Shown: in pieces, positions 35,065 through 47,953 of the stretch | Position numbering within the stretch: the stretch's first letter is position 1 | Layout of the letters: each line of letters begins with the position of its first letter | Assembly (NCBI GenBank): GCA_950097015.1 | Contig: CATNEN010000038.1 | Location: 26,536,001 to 26,600,000 of the forward strand | DNA from: Macrostomum hystrix | Taxonomy: Eukaryota > Animalia > Platyhelminthes | Length of the DNA: 64,000 bases | Reading direction: 5' to 3' | The notes under the pieces: generated by a model | The model's database searches: none | What the model was told of the DNA's origin: nothing | Seen by the model: only the letters and a program-made list of their open reading frames with translations | Program-made: the position numbers and the translations under genes

Positions 35065-35495
35065 TTGTGCCATTTTCCATATCCGGTGTGCCATTTTCCC
35101 CATCTGGATTGCCGTTTTCCATATCTGGATTGCCATTTTCCACATATGGATTGCCGTTTTCCCCATCTAGAGTGCCATTTTCCACATCTGGATTGCTTTT
35201 TTTCCCTATCTGGATTGCCGTTTTCCCCATCTAGAGTGCCATTTTCCACATCTGGATTGCCGTTTTCCCCATCTGGATTGCCGTTTTCCCCATCTAGAGT
35301 GCCATTTTCCACATCTGGATTTCCGTTTTCCACATCGGGATTGCCGTTTTCTCAAACCTGGATTGCAATTTTCCACATCTGAATTGCCGTTTCATACACC
35401 TAGAAAGCCATTTTCCTTTATGTGTCATTTTCTTATTTGATGTGCCATTTTGTATTTTCGGTGTGCCATTTTCCTCAACAAGAGTGCCACTTTTC
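35065..35495. repeat. 21-bp minisatellite GCCGTTTTCCCCATCTGGATT (degenerate)
   Basis: Tandem units. Confidence 0.85.
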
Positions 35496-35519
35496 ATGTT
35501 TAATTAAAAAAGGACTTAC

Positions 35520-35595
35520 AACTCTCGGTTAGGCGAAAATGTGTCCAACAGAGTGACAACCCAGTGTGGTGCCCAGCAAAGTAGAAAGGCGAGAA
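35520..35595 (-). CDS. GPCR exon 4 (TM6)
   Basis: TTTTAG| VLAFLLCWAPHWVVTLL |GTAAGT. Confidence 0.88.
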
Positions 35596-36040
35596 CTAAA
35601 ATAAAATAGTTTTGGGCAGTAAACAAGTAAAATTGTTTAAAATTGCTATTTTTAGAAATCGGGGAATCCCAGCAAGGATATTTTGAAAGGAGAAGCCCTG
35701 AAGGTCGATATCTTGGGGTAAGGTGTGAAAACCGTCCAGCCAATAAGCATCTAGTGGTGTCTTATCGTGCCACAAATTGGAGAAGCGAAGGTGGAGTGTG
35801 GCGTGAACCAAGGATTTTAGATAACAACTAGATTGTCAGACTGGGTCCAAAGCGTGCCTAAAATTTGACTCCGAAAGCAACGCTTCATGCTGATTGGCTG
35901 GTGGGTTTTCACGCCTAGCCACCCCAATCGTGGCGTGAACAGTTAAGTTGGGCTGGAGCATGAAACTGTTTGTTTCATGCTTGTTTTATTAGAAAGCTGA
36001 ATAAATTCTAAATCCATCAAAGCAGAACATTTTTCCTCAC

Positions 36041-36298
36041 CAATGACCGCGGTCATTCGCAGGGTGCAGATGCGAGCGCGTTCAATGTGTCGCGAGTCGC
36101 TGCGTCTCAAATTTGACACCTTAGACGGTGTGCCTGTGCCACTGCTAGCCAGACAGTGATGAGCTGAACGACTAAAGTCTACTGACTCGGTCAGTGACGC
36201 CGAGAACTGCTGCTGGCAGGTGCAGTTATCTGCAGTTTCGAGGGCGGAATATGGATCAGAGATTTGACTGATGGGAGAGATTGTTGCCATGCCTTGTT
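36041..36298 (-). CDS. GPCR exon 3 (ICL3, start of TM6); acceptor uncertain
   Basis: IERARICTLRMTAVI |GTGAGG; only the third AG of TAG-ACAG-ACAG keeps the frame. Confidence 0.75.
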
Positions 36299-36321
36299 CT
36301 GTCTGTCTAAAAGGTAGATTA

Positions 36322-37635
36322 GCTGTCTAACAGTTAAATATGCTGTCTAACAGTTACATATGCTGTCTAACAGTTACATATGTTGTCTAACTGTTACATA
36401 TGCTGTCTAACAGTTACATATGTTGTCTAACAGTTACAAATGCTGTCTAAATGTTACATATTCTGTCTAACAGTTACATATGCTGTCTAACTGTTACATA
36501 TGCTGTCTAACTGTTACATATGCTGTCTAACAGTTACATATGTTGTCTAACTGTTACATATGCTGTCTAACTGTTACATATGCTGTCTAACAGTTACAAA
36601 TGCTGTCTAACAGTTACTTATTCTGTCTAACAGTTACATATGCTGTCTAACTGTTACATATGCTGTCTAACAGTTACATATGCTGTCTAACTGTTACATA
36701 TGCCGTCTAACTGTTACATATGCTGTCTAACTGTTACATATGCTGTCTAACAGTTACATATGCTGTCTAACAGTTACATATGCTGTCTAACAGTTACATA
36801 TGCTGTCTAACAGTTACATATGCTGTCTAACAGTTACATATGCTGTCTAACAGTTACATATGCTGTCTAACTGTTACATATTCTGTCTAACAGTTACATA
36901 TGCTGTCTAACAGTTACATATGTTGTCTAACAGTTACAAATGCTGTCTAACAGTTACATATGCTGTCTAACAGTTACATATGCTGTCTAACTGTTAAATA
37001 TGCTGTCTAACAGTTAAATATGCTGTCTAACTGTTACATATGCTGTCTAACAGTTAAATATGCTGTCTAACTGTTACATATGTTGTCTAACAGTTAAATA
37101 TGCTGTCTAACTGTTACATATGTTGTCTAACAGTTAAATATGCTGTCTAACTGTTACATATGCTGTCTAACTGTTACATATGTTGTCTAACAGTTAAATA
37201 TGCTGTCTAACTGTTACATATGCTGTCTAACAGTTAAATATGCCGTCTAACTGTTACATATGTTGTCTAACAGTTAAATATGCTGTCTAACTGTTACATA
37301 TGCTGTCTAACTGTTACATATGTTGTCTAACAGTTAAATATGCTGTCTAACAGTTAAATATGCTGTCTAACTGTTACATATGCTGTATAACAGTTACATA
37401 TGTTGTCTAACTGTTACATATGCTGTCTAACAGTTACATATGCTGTCTAACAGGCAGATATGCTGTCTAACAGGCAGATATGCTGTCTAACAGGCAGATA
37501 TGCTGTCTAACAGGCAGATATGCTGTCTAACAGGCAGATATGCTGTCTAACAGGCAGATATGCTGTCTAACAGGCAGATATGCTGTCTAACAGGCAGATA
37601 TGCTGTCTAACAGGCAGATATGTTGTCTAACAGAA
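36322..37635. repeat. 20-bp satellite TGCTGTCTAACAGTTACATA, about 65 copies
   Basis: Tandem units; terminal variant block CAGGCAGATA. Confidence 0.95.
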
Positions 37636-37821
37636 ATACAAGCTGTTTGAGAGGCAGGTGATCGGGTAATATTGTTCTTTTACTTTGGCAAATGAAGAGC
37701 ACGCAAAGTAGGGTAGGGCTGGTAAAGGACAAATAGGTAATAACAGAACAAAGAAATTAGTTTTTTCCATGAGCAATATCTTTGTGTTTACTTGTGAGCC
37801 GTCTAATCTGCCTTAGTCTGT

Positions 37822-37942
37822 TAGCTTCTCGCACCATTCGCTGAGCTCGATTCCGGGCTTGTCGACCATTGAGGACCAAACTCCAAGGCATAGTGAGAGC
37901 TACTGCCTGACGATGAGAAAGTCATGGCAGATGTACACGCCT
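37822..37942 (+). mobile_element. SINE family B, degenerate copy
   Basis: TCTCGCACCA..GAGCTCGATTCC...CTGCCTGACGATGAGAAAGTCA. Confidence 0.55.
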
Positions 37943-38394
37943 TAGGAAATTAAAAAAATGCGATCTACAATCAGTACACCACGTTAACAAGTTGAGATGC
38001 AGAAAAATTTAGCGAAATGGTTCTAGTTTTTCCAGTTTTTAAAATGAAACAAAAAATCTGTTTGAAAATCGGTTAAATTAAACGGAAGTTGTGTTTTTGC
38101 AAGAATTTGTCTCTCGAGGTTCTATACAATTAGCCTCCATGATTAGACCATCCGTAATTTTCTGTGTTAAACCTGTACCTTTGTCTGTCTATTGTACTTC
38201 ACCTTTATCTGCCACACAGTTTCATTGTTCTCATTATTTAGTCCTGCCCTATATATGACGCATCTCCCTTTCTAGAGACAAATGGGGCAGTTATTTTTAG
38301 AGCCGTATTATGTATGCCTGTAGCCATGCAGGAATCACTATTACGAGTATATTAGTATATTTCTGAATCTATTGCATCCATTCCTAGACCACCT

Positions 38395-39080
38395 TCCCTC
38401 TATTCCTCTCCCTCTTTTCCACTCCGTCTATTCCTCTCCCTCTATTCCTCTCCCTCTATTCCTCTCCCTCTTTTCCACTCCCTCTATTCCTCTCCCTCTA
38501 TTCCTCTCCCTCTTTTCCACTCCCTCTATTCCTCTCCCTCTATTTCTCTCCCTCTATTCCTCTCCCTCTATTCCTCACCCTCTATTCCTCCCCCTCTATT
38601 CCTCTCCCTCTATTCCTCTCCCTCTATTCCTCACCCTCTATTCCTCCCCCTCTATTCCTCTCCCTCTATTCCTCTCCATCAATTCCTCACCCTCTATTCC
38701 TCTCCCTCTATTCCTCTCCCTCTATTCCTCTCCGTCTATTCCTCTCCCTCTATTTCTCTCCCTCTATTCCTCTCCCTCTATTCCTCACCCTCTATTCCTC
38801 CCCCTCTATTCCTCTCCCTCTATTCCTCTCCATCAATTCCTCACCCTCTATTCCTCACCCTCTATTCCTCTCACTTTATTCCTCTCCCTCTATTCCTCTC
38901 CCTCTATTCCTCTCCCTATTCATCTCCCTTTATTCCTCTCGCTCTATTCCTCCCCCTCTATTCCTCTCCCTCTATTCATCTCCCTTTATTCCTCTCGCTC
39001 TATTCCTCTCCCTCTACGAGCGTATTCCTCTCCATCTATCCATCTCCATCGATCCCTATCCATCTATCCCTCTCCTCTCC
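38395..39080 (+). repeat. 14-bp pyrimidine-rich array TATTCCTCTCCCTC
   Basis: Tandem units. Confidence 0.9.
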
Positions 39081-39777
39081 TCTCCTTCCCTTCATACTAT
39101 CCCTCTAGCTCTAATCCAGAGTTAAGTATAATTAAAATCATGTCTGACCAAGGCACAGTGTTCAATAATAATTTAGCTTCTTTATTCGTGATCTGAAATT
39201 TTCAGAATTTTACTCCGATGAAAATATTTCGCTTCGCTTCAATTCCCATTGTTCTCCAAAAATAGTGACATTATAGGATTTTAGTTGAGATTCGAATTTT
39301 GATTGAGTATGAAATCATTGACAATGTCTATAAACAGGACTGATAAAATGTTTCAGTCATTTTAGTAGAAAGATTGATGTGAATGATTTGTTAAAAAAAT
39401 GTATATTGTTCGCAGCAAACGCAGAATGATCCTCACTAATATGACACTATCTCTTAGAGACAACGTTCCCCTTGATTTTATTCCTGTCTTCTTCAATTCC
39501 TAATAGTGTGACCTATAAGTAAATAATTATTAATAATTATTATGATATTAATTATTATTATTATTATTAATTACTAATAATGTTCAGAAAAAGAAGATAC
39601 AAAAATTCTTCAAATCCAAGAAAAATCACTCAAAGACGTTAGCATCTAAATTAATATATAAAAGCAAATAAATATTATTGTCCAGACTCCTTAATGATAT
39701 GAGGATATTTGGAGGTCACTCTGCTCTGGGCACTGCAGTCACAGGTGTGTACATCTGTTCTGACTTTCTCATTGTCA

Positions 39778-40650
39778 GGAATAAAGGGAAAGGAATAGAG
39801 GTAGAGGAATAGACGGAGAGGAATAGAGGGAGTGGAAAAGAGGGAGAGGAATAGAGGGAGAGGAATAGAGGTAGAGGAATAGAGGGAGAGGAATAGAGGT
39901 AGAGGAATGGAGGTAGAGGAATAGAGGGAGAGGAATAGAGGTAGAGGAATAGACGGAGAGGAATAGAGGGAGTGGAAAAGAGGGAGAGGAATAGAGGGAG
40001 AGGAATAGAGGTAGAGGAATAGAGGGAGAGGAATAGAGGTAGAGGAATGGAGGTAGAGGAATAGAGGGAGAGGAATAGAGGGTGAGGAATGGAGGGAAAG
40101 GAATAGAGGTAGAGGAATAGACGGAGAGGAATAGAGGGAGTGGAAAAGAGGGAGAGGAATAGAGGGAGAGGAATAGAGGTAGAGGAATAGAGGGAGAGGA
40201 ATAGAGGGTGAGGAATGGAGGGAAAGGAATAGAGGTAGAGGAATAGACGGAGAGGAGTAGAGGGAGTGGAAAAGAGGGAGAGGAATAGAGGGAGAGGAAT
40301 AGACGGAGAGGAGTAGAGGGAGTGGAAAAGAGGGAGAGGAATAGAGGGTGAGGAATAGAGGGAGAGGAATAAAGGGGGAGGAGTAGAGGGAGTGGAATAG
40401 ATGTAGAGGAATAGAGGGGGTGGAATAGAGGTAGAGGAATAGAGGGAGAGGAATAGAGGTAGAGGAATGGAGGTAGAGGAATGGAGGTAGAGGAATAGAG
40501 GGTGAGGAATAGAGGGAGAGGAATAGACGGAGAGGAATAGACGGAGAGGAATAGAGGGTGAGGAATAGAGAATGAAGAATAGAGGTAGAGGAATAGAGGG
40601 AGAGGAATAGAGGGATTGGAAAAGAGCGTGAGGAATAGAGGTAGAGGAAC
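39778..40650 (-). repeat. Same 14-bp array in inverted orientation (GAGGGAGAGGAATA)
   Basis: Reverse complement of the 38395-39080 unit. Confidence 0.9.
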
Positions 40651-40662
40651 TCACACTGGCCA

Positions 40663-40985
40663 CATCTCGCACCAAGGCCACTAAGTTCGATTCCACGGCG
40701 AGACCACATTTATTTGGGGCGCAGCCGCGGAGAGAAGGCTTGGGGGCTTGTCGTGCAATTTACGCCCTTGAGGGCCAACCTCCACAGTGAGAGTGTACAC
40801 TGCCTGACGATGAGAAAGTCAGGGCAGATGTACACACCTGTGTGAGCGTATGCCTGCGTACAGTATCTGTATGCGTGTGTGCTCAGGAGTCAGCGAAATG
40901 GGCAGAATTGCCTCCTGGCTGGCTGCGGGTCTAGTGTCACCAAATGATGTGCCATTGCCCGCAGCCCTCCTGCAATTATTATTAT
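40663..40985 (+). mobile_element. SINE family B, 5'-truncated, with full 3' body and TTA tail
   Basis: GTTCGATTCC B box; body matches 43804 and 45045 copies. Confidence 0.75.
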
Positions 40986-41100
40986 ATGGTGGACTTTCAC
41001 GAGAATAAGTCACTCTGTTTGGGAGCAGGCAAAGTAGGCAGTGGGTAGTTGAACTATCTCCGTTTAAAATGGCCTTTAAATCCCATCTAATTATCCTCAC

Positions 41101-41332
41101 CTCTGTGCTCTCGAGTCTTGCTGCCCAGAACGCACACAATGCGGCCGTAGCACCAAGCGATGCACAGCAATGGCAGGCCGTACATCATGCCGAACGCGAA
41201 TAGCGCATATCCTTGCCGTTTTATTTCTACGGCGTTGTCCTGCTGCTGTCCGACGTAGGTGGAGAACGATTGCACGCAGACAAGATTGTACCGCTTGAAG
41301 AAGCTGCTCTCAAATAGATCGAAAACCGAGGC
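41101..41332 (-). CDS. GPCR exon 2 (ECL2, TM5)
   Basis: TCCAG| ASVF...LVCVQSF...MYGLPLLCIAWCYGRI...|GTGAGG. Confidence 0.88.
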
Positions 41333-41439
41333 CTGGAATGACAGCATAGGCGGACGTGAATCTGGGATAAGGGTTGGCAAACTTATTAGCTAGCGGGCCA
41401 AACAGAGAACCTAAAAGACGACAGCGGGGCGCATTGACT

Positions 41440-42320
41440 GGAGAAATATGAGATAAGGTAGAGATAAGACAGGGGAGAGATAAGACGGGAGAGATGAGAT
41501 CAAACAGGAAACAGATGAGACACGGGAGAGATGAGATCAAACAGGAAACAGATGAGACACGGGAGAGATGAGATCAAACAGGAAACAGATGAGACACGGG
41601 AGAGATGAGATCAAACAGGAAACAGATGAGACACGGGAGAGATGAGACACGGGAGAGATGAGACACGGGAGAGATGACACACAGGAGGAATGAGACACGG
41701 GAGAGATGAGACACGGGAGAGATGAGACACGGGAGAGATGAGACACGGGAGAGATGAGACACCAGAGAGATGAGACACCAGAGAGATGAGACACGGGAGA
41801 GATGACACACAGGAGGAATGAGACACCAGAGAGATGAGACACCAGAGAGATGAGACACCAGAGAGATGAGACACCAGAGAGATGAGACACCAGAGAGATG
41901 AGACACCAGAGAGATGAGACACCAGAGAGATGAGACACCAGAGAGATGAGACACCAGAGAGATGAGACACCAGAGAGATGAGACACCAGAGAGATGAGAC
42001 ACCAGAGAGATGAGACACCAGAGAGATGAGACACCAGAGAGATGAGACACGGGAGAGAGATGAAATACCAGAGAGATGAGACACGGGAGAAATGAGACAC
42101 GGGAGAGATGAGACACGGGAGAGATGACACACAGGAGGAATGAGACACCAGAGAGATGAGACACCAGAGAGATGAGACACCAGAGAGATGAGACACCAGA
42201 GAGATGAGACACGGGAGAGAGATGAAATACCAGAGAGATGAGACACGGGAGAAATGAGACACGGGAGAGATGAGACACGGGAGAGATGAGACACGGGAGA
42301 GATGAGACACGGGAGAGATT
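41440..42320. repeat. 16-bp minisatellite GGGAGAGATGAGACAC / CAGAGAGATGAGACAC
   Basis: Same family as 9417-9953. Confidence 0.9.
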
Positions 42321-42584
42321 CATATTGTTGTTGTCACTAGGATCAATCTAGTTACACTCTCTATGCCCCTCGCACTGACCCTGAGGACAGTCAGGGCTAT
42401 AGCAATCTAGCGATGGGTAGCACTTTAATTATTCAGTTTTTCCTTGGGGCCTTACAATAATTAAGCTCACTGCACGCTTATTGGCAGCCAAATACTTCCT
42501 GATCTACAGAGATAGAACAGGTGACTGAGAAAGACTAAGGATGAGATCGGCTAGAGACTGGAGCGACAGACATATAGGGAAAAG

Positions 42585-43116
42585 GGATAGTAGATTGAGA
42601 TGGTGGGTGAGAGGGGGTAGTAGATTGAGTTAGTGGGTGAGAGGGGTAGTAGATTGAGTTAGTGGGTGAGAGGGGCAGTAGATTGAGTTAGTGGGTGAGA
42701 GGGGGTAGTAGATTGAGTTAGTGGGTGAGAGGGGCAGTAGATTGAGTTAGTGGGTGAGAGGGGGTAGTAGATTGAGTTAGTGGGTGAGAGAGGGTAGTAG
42801 ATTGAGTTAGTGGGTGAGAGGGGGTAGTAGATTGAGTTAGTGGGTGAGAGGGGGTAGTAGATTGAGTTAGTGGGTGAGAGGGGGTAGTAGATTGAGTTAG
42901 TGGGTGAGAGGGGGTAGTAGATTGAGTTAGTGGGTGAGAGGGGGTAGTAGATTGAGTTAGTGGGTGAGAGGGGGTAGTAGATTGAGTTAGTGGGTGAGAG
43001 GGGGTAGTAGATTGAGTTAGTGGGTGAGAGGGGGTAGTAGATTGAAATGGTGGGTGAGAGGGGGTAGTAGATTGAGTTAGTGGGTGAGAGGGGGTAGTAG
43101 ATTGAAATGGTGGGTA
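42585..43116. repeat. 30-bp G-rich minisatellite, about 17 copies
   Basis: TGGGTGAGAGGGGGTAGTAGATTGAGTTAG. Confidence 0.92.
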
Positions 43117-43800
43117 AGAATACTTTTTGGTAAAACCGGAATTCAGAGCTTGCAACATTTTTTACTCCGAACGCTGTCCAGCCCAGTGCGAATTGGCAAT
43201 ACTCTTTAATCGATTAATTCCGTTTTATTATCAAATTATTGTCACCAATCGCAACGCAGGCTTGTCTACGCTGAAGTCAGAGCTGTCTCTCCCCCTCTCT
43301 CCCCCTCGCTCTCTATTAATCGAGCATATAAAAAATGCCATAATGATCTCCTAGTAAAAGTGCGTTTTTTTTCTAGAAAAGTTATCTCCTTCCGCTGAGC
43401 AGTGTACTCATGGAGACTTCGTGCCAGGAGTTTTTTCTCCGGCTCTCAGAGTGGGACGCTAATGTATTGCCACCGATGCCCAAAGCTCGACTCAAATTGA
43501 AATAGGAGGAAAACACAGCAGACAGACTAGAGAAGAAGATTGATCGGCGCGAAGTTTTCGATCTGCTGGCAATTGTAGTTAATTCAATGTTTTCCTCCTG
43601 CCTAACTTCCTTTGGCTTTAGTAGAAATTGAAGGGTTGCACCTATTCTCTGAGAAAAAGAACTTGAGAATCGATCGATAGCTAATAATCGATAGCTGCGT
43701 GTCGATTGGTTGAAAATAATCTGGCCAATCAGAGGCACTCCAGTTGTAACTTTTGGCTACTCTGCGTACATTTGAAGAATGTACATCTGGCCTAGAGAGG

Positions 43801-44035
43801 GTCCGTGGCAGAGCGGTTAACGCGTCTGCCTGTCGCACCAAGGTCACTGAGCTCGATTCCGCGGCGAGGCCACATTCATTTTAAGCGCAGTCGCGGAGAG
43901 AAGGCTTGGAGGCTTGTCGTGAAATTTACGCCCATTGAGGGCCGACCTCGAAGGCACAGTGAGAGTGTACACTGCCTGACGATGCGAAAGCGTGTGAGCG
44001 TGTGCCTGCGTACGGTATCCGTATGCGTGTGTGCC
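43801..44035 (+). mobile_element. SINE family B with intact tRNA-like head
   Basis: A box TGGCAGAGCGG, B box GCTCGATTCC. Confidence 0.75.
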
Positions 44036-45044
44036 CTCGCTGGCTGGTTGATTAAGTTCATGGGCCAGGATGTACATACCTTGCTTTAGTGCGCGTGCTG
44101 TTTGGTAATAAACAACAAGTTCACCTTTATAAGTTCGCAAATAACACTATGCACTTTTTCCAGCTGTTCGCCTCTTACGCATCTAACCGATGAGACTCAT
44201 AATTGCTTCTCACCAGCCCTTAGAGCAGCAATTTTAACCGAGACCATTATCAGTGATGCGAGAACAGGGGCGCCTCATTAGTTGTCAACCATCGCTGGAA
44301 TGCCTTAAGAATGACAAAGCTTGTTCTTAAGCCTTTTCGCTAAGAGAAGGGATTTCCAAAAATGGGGAGTGGCATTCCATTTGAACTCGATCCCGATTTT
44401 AGCAACCTAAATGGGGCACAAATTGCAGTTGATGACACGCGCGTGCAGCTAAGAGGCTCATGTTCGACTTCATTCACGCCTGATTTGTTTCAGCAATGGA
44501 AAAATACCACACGAGGAAGGCACAGATTTTGAGCATATTAGGCTCCGAAAAGAGAATAGTGAGGAAACTCAAGCAGGCCAGGAATGAGGGGAAATGGTCT
44601 GGAAGAGATGCGGAAGAACGAATGTCTTTTCTTCGTGTCTCTCTCTCTCTCTCGGATTTCTCAAATCAGAGCATGTGAATCTCCGAGTATACGAGCTAGC
44701 TGAATAGGACAGCATAGCTGCACAGAACAGGTGCAAGCTTAAACCCCACCCACCCCACCTCCGCCCCTTCGCCCAATCCGATGCCCCAGACCAGTTTCCC
44801 TGCCAAAAAAACCAGTTTTATAAGTCGGGGAGAGCATCGCGTGTGTGAACTCAGGCGCGGATTTTCTGCCCTTTAGTTCTTAGCCACTCTACTTTTATCC
44901 TTTTCTTTCTACACTTTTTCATTTATCGTCCATATTCAAACGCTGCTTATAATTACTGGAGTAAAGAATCTAACTAGTAGCAAAGCATTTTTCCAGCATT
45001 TAATCCGAACAATTTTAAGGTTGGAATGAGGAGTTTGGAATGAA

Positions 45045-45369
45045 TAACTGCAGGAGGGCTGCGGGCAATGGCACATCATTTGGTGACACTAGACCCGCAG
45101 CCAGCGAGGAGGCAATTCTGCCCATTCCGCTGACTCCTGAGCACACGCGCACACAAGCGTGTACATCCGCCCTGACTTTTTCATCGTCTGGCTGTGTACA
45201 CTCTCATTATGCCTTGCAGGTTGGCCCTCAAGGGCGTGAATTGCACGACAAGCCTACTAGCCTTCTCTGCGCGGCTGCGCCCCAAATGAATGTTGCTTCG
45301 CTGCGGAATCGAACTCATGGACCTTGGTGCGAGAGACTAACGCGTTATAAAACCGCTGCCTCTGCCACT
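45045..45369 (-). mobile_element. SINE family B, near full length
   Basis: Reverse complement of the 40663-40985 body plus the head. Confidence 0.75.
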
Positions 45370-45484
45370 GATCGCGTCACACAAATCGCCTCATACCGTT
45401 GCTTCACACAAAATGAAACTTAGTACACAAGCTTTTAGCATTGTTCGAAGAAAGCGAATCTCCACCATTACGTGACTTTATTCC

Positions 45485-47925
45485 GCATTCTCCCTATTTC
45501 CCCTCGTGCCATTAATTATCCCATCAATTCTCCCATACCCTCCATTCTCCCATCCCCTCCATTCTCCCATCCCCTCCATTCTCCCATCCCATCTATTCTC
45601 CCATTCCATCTATTCTCCCTTCCCATCTATTCTCCCATCCCCTCCATTCTCCCATCCCATCTATTCTCCCATCCCTTCCATTCTCCCATCCCATCTATTC
45701 TCCCATTCCATATATTCTCCCTTCCCATCAATTCTCCCATCCCATCTATTCTCCCATCCCATCTATTCCTCCCATTCCATCTATTCTCCCATCCCATCTA
45801 TTCTCCCATCCCATCAATTCTCCCATCCCTTCTATTATCCCATCCCCTCCATTCTCCCATCCCATCTATTCCTCCCATTCCATCTATTCTCCCATCCCAT
45901 CTATTCTCCCATTCCATCTATTCTCCCATCCCATCTATTCTCCCATCCCATCTATTCTCCCATCCCTTCCATTCTCCCATCCCATCTATTCTCCCATCCC
46001 TTCCATTCTCCCATCCCATCTATTCTCCCATTCCATCTATTCTCCCTTCCCATCTATTCTCCCATCCCATCTATTCTCCCATCCCATCTATTCTCCCATC
46101 CCTTCCATTCTCCCATCCCATCTATTCTCCCATTCCATCTATTCTCCCATCCCATCAATTCTCCCATCCCATCAATTCTCCCTTCCCATCAATTCTCCCA
46201 TCCCATCTATTCTCCCATCCCATCTATTCCTCCCATTCCATCTATTCTCCCATCCCATCTATTCTCCCATCCCATCAATTCTCCCATCCCTTCTATTATC
46301 CCATCCCCTCCATTCTCCCATCCCATCTATTCCTCCCATTCCATCTATTCTCCCATCCCATCTATTCTCCCATTCCATCTATTCTCCCATCCCATCTATT
46401 CTCCCATCCCATCTATTCTCCCATCCCTTCTATTCCTCCCATCCCTTCTATTATCCCATCCCATCTATTCTCCCATCCCATCAATTCTCCCATCCCATCT
46501 ATTCTCCCATCCCATCAATTCTCCCATCCCTTCTATTATCCCATCCCCTCCATTCTCCCATCCCATCTATTCCTCCCATTCCATCTATTCTCCCATCCCA
46601 TCTATTCTCCCATCCCATCTATTCTCCCATCCCTTCTATTCTCCCATCCCATCTATTCCTCCCATTCCATCTATTCTCCCATCCCATCTATTCTCCCATC
46701 CCATCAATTCTCCCATCCCATCTATTCTCTCATCCCATCAATTCTCCCATCCCTTCTATTATCCCATCCCCTCCATTCTCCCATCCCATCTATTCCTCCC
46801 ATTCCATCTATTCTCCCATCCCATCTATTCTCCCATTCCATCTATTCTCCCATCCCATCTATTCTCCCATCCCATCTATTCTCCCATTCCATCAATTCTC
46901 CCATCCCATCAATTCTCCCATCCCATCAATTCTCCCTTCCCATCAATTCTCCCATCCCATCTATTCTCCCATCCCTTCCATTCTCCCATCCCTTCTATTA
47001 TCCCATCCCCTCCATTCTCCCATCCCATCTATTCCTCCCATTCCATCTATTCTCCCATCCCATCTATTCTCCCATCCCATCTATTCTCCCATCCCTTCTA
47101 TTCTCCCATCCCATCTATTCCTCCCATTCCATCTATTCTCCCATCCCATCTATTCTCCCATCCCATCAATTCTCCCATCCCATCTATTCTCTCATCCCAT
47201 CAATTCTCCCATCCCATCAATTCTCCCTTCCCATCAATTCTCCCATCCCATCTATTCTCCCATCCCTTCCATTCTCCCATCCCCTCCATTTTCCCATCCC
47301 ATCTATTCTCCCATCCCATCAATTCTCCCATCCCATCTATTCTCCCATTCCATCAATTCTCCCATCCCATCAATTCTCCCATCCCATCAATTCTCCCTTC
47401 CCATCAATTCTCCCATCCCATCTATTCTCCCATCCCTTCCATTCTCCCATCCCCTCCATTTTCCCATCCCATCTATTCTCCCATCCCATCAATTCTCCCA
47501 TCCCTTCTATTATCCCATCCCCTCCATTCTCCCATCCCATCTATTCCTCCCATTCCATCTATTCTCCCCTCCCATCTATTCTCCCATTCCATCTATTCTC
47601 CCATCCCATCTATTCCTCCCATCCCATCTATTCTCCCATCCCTTCTATTCTCCCATCCCTTCTATTCTCCCATCCCTTCTATTCTCCCATCCCTTCTATT
47701 CTCCCATCCCATCTATTCTCCCATCCCATCTAATCTCCCATCCCATCTATTATCCCATCCCATCTATTCTCCCATCCCTTCTATTGTCCCATCCCTTCTA
47801 TTCTCCCATCCCTTCTATTCTCCCATCCATTATATTCTCCCATCCCATCTATTCTCCCATCTCATCTATTTTCCCATCCCTTTCATTCTCCGATAAGCCC
47901 CATTCTCCCATTGGCTCCATTCTCC
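45485..47925. repeat. 17-bp pyrimidine-rich satellite TATTCTCCCATCCCATC
   Basis: About 140 units. Confidence 0.95.
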
Positions 47926-47953
47926 CCTTGAAACAGGTTGTCACTGTGCTCAC

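Noticed and set aside
43801-43875. Functional tRNA gene (also 61-132, 20860 and 32870)
   Set aside because: Poor stems and, for most copies, shared downstream bodies indicate SINE heads
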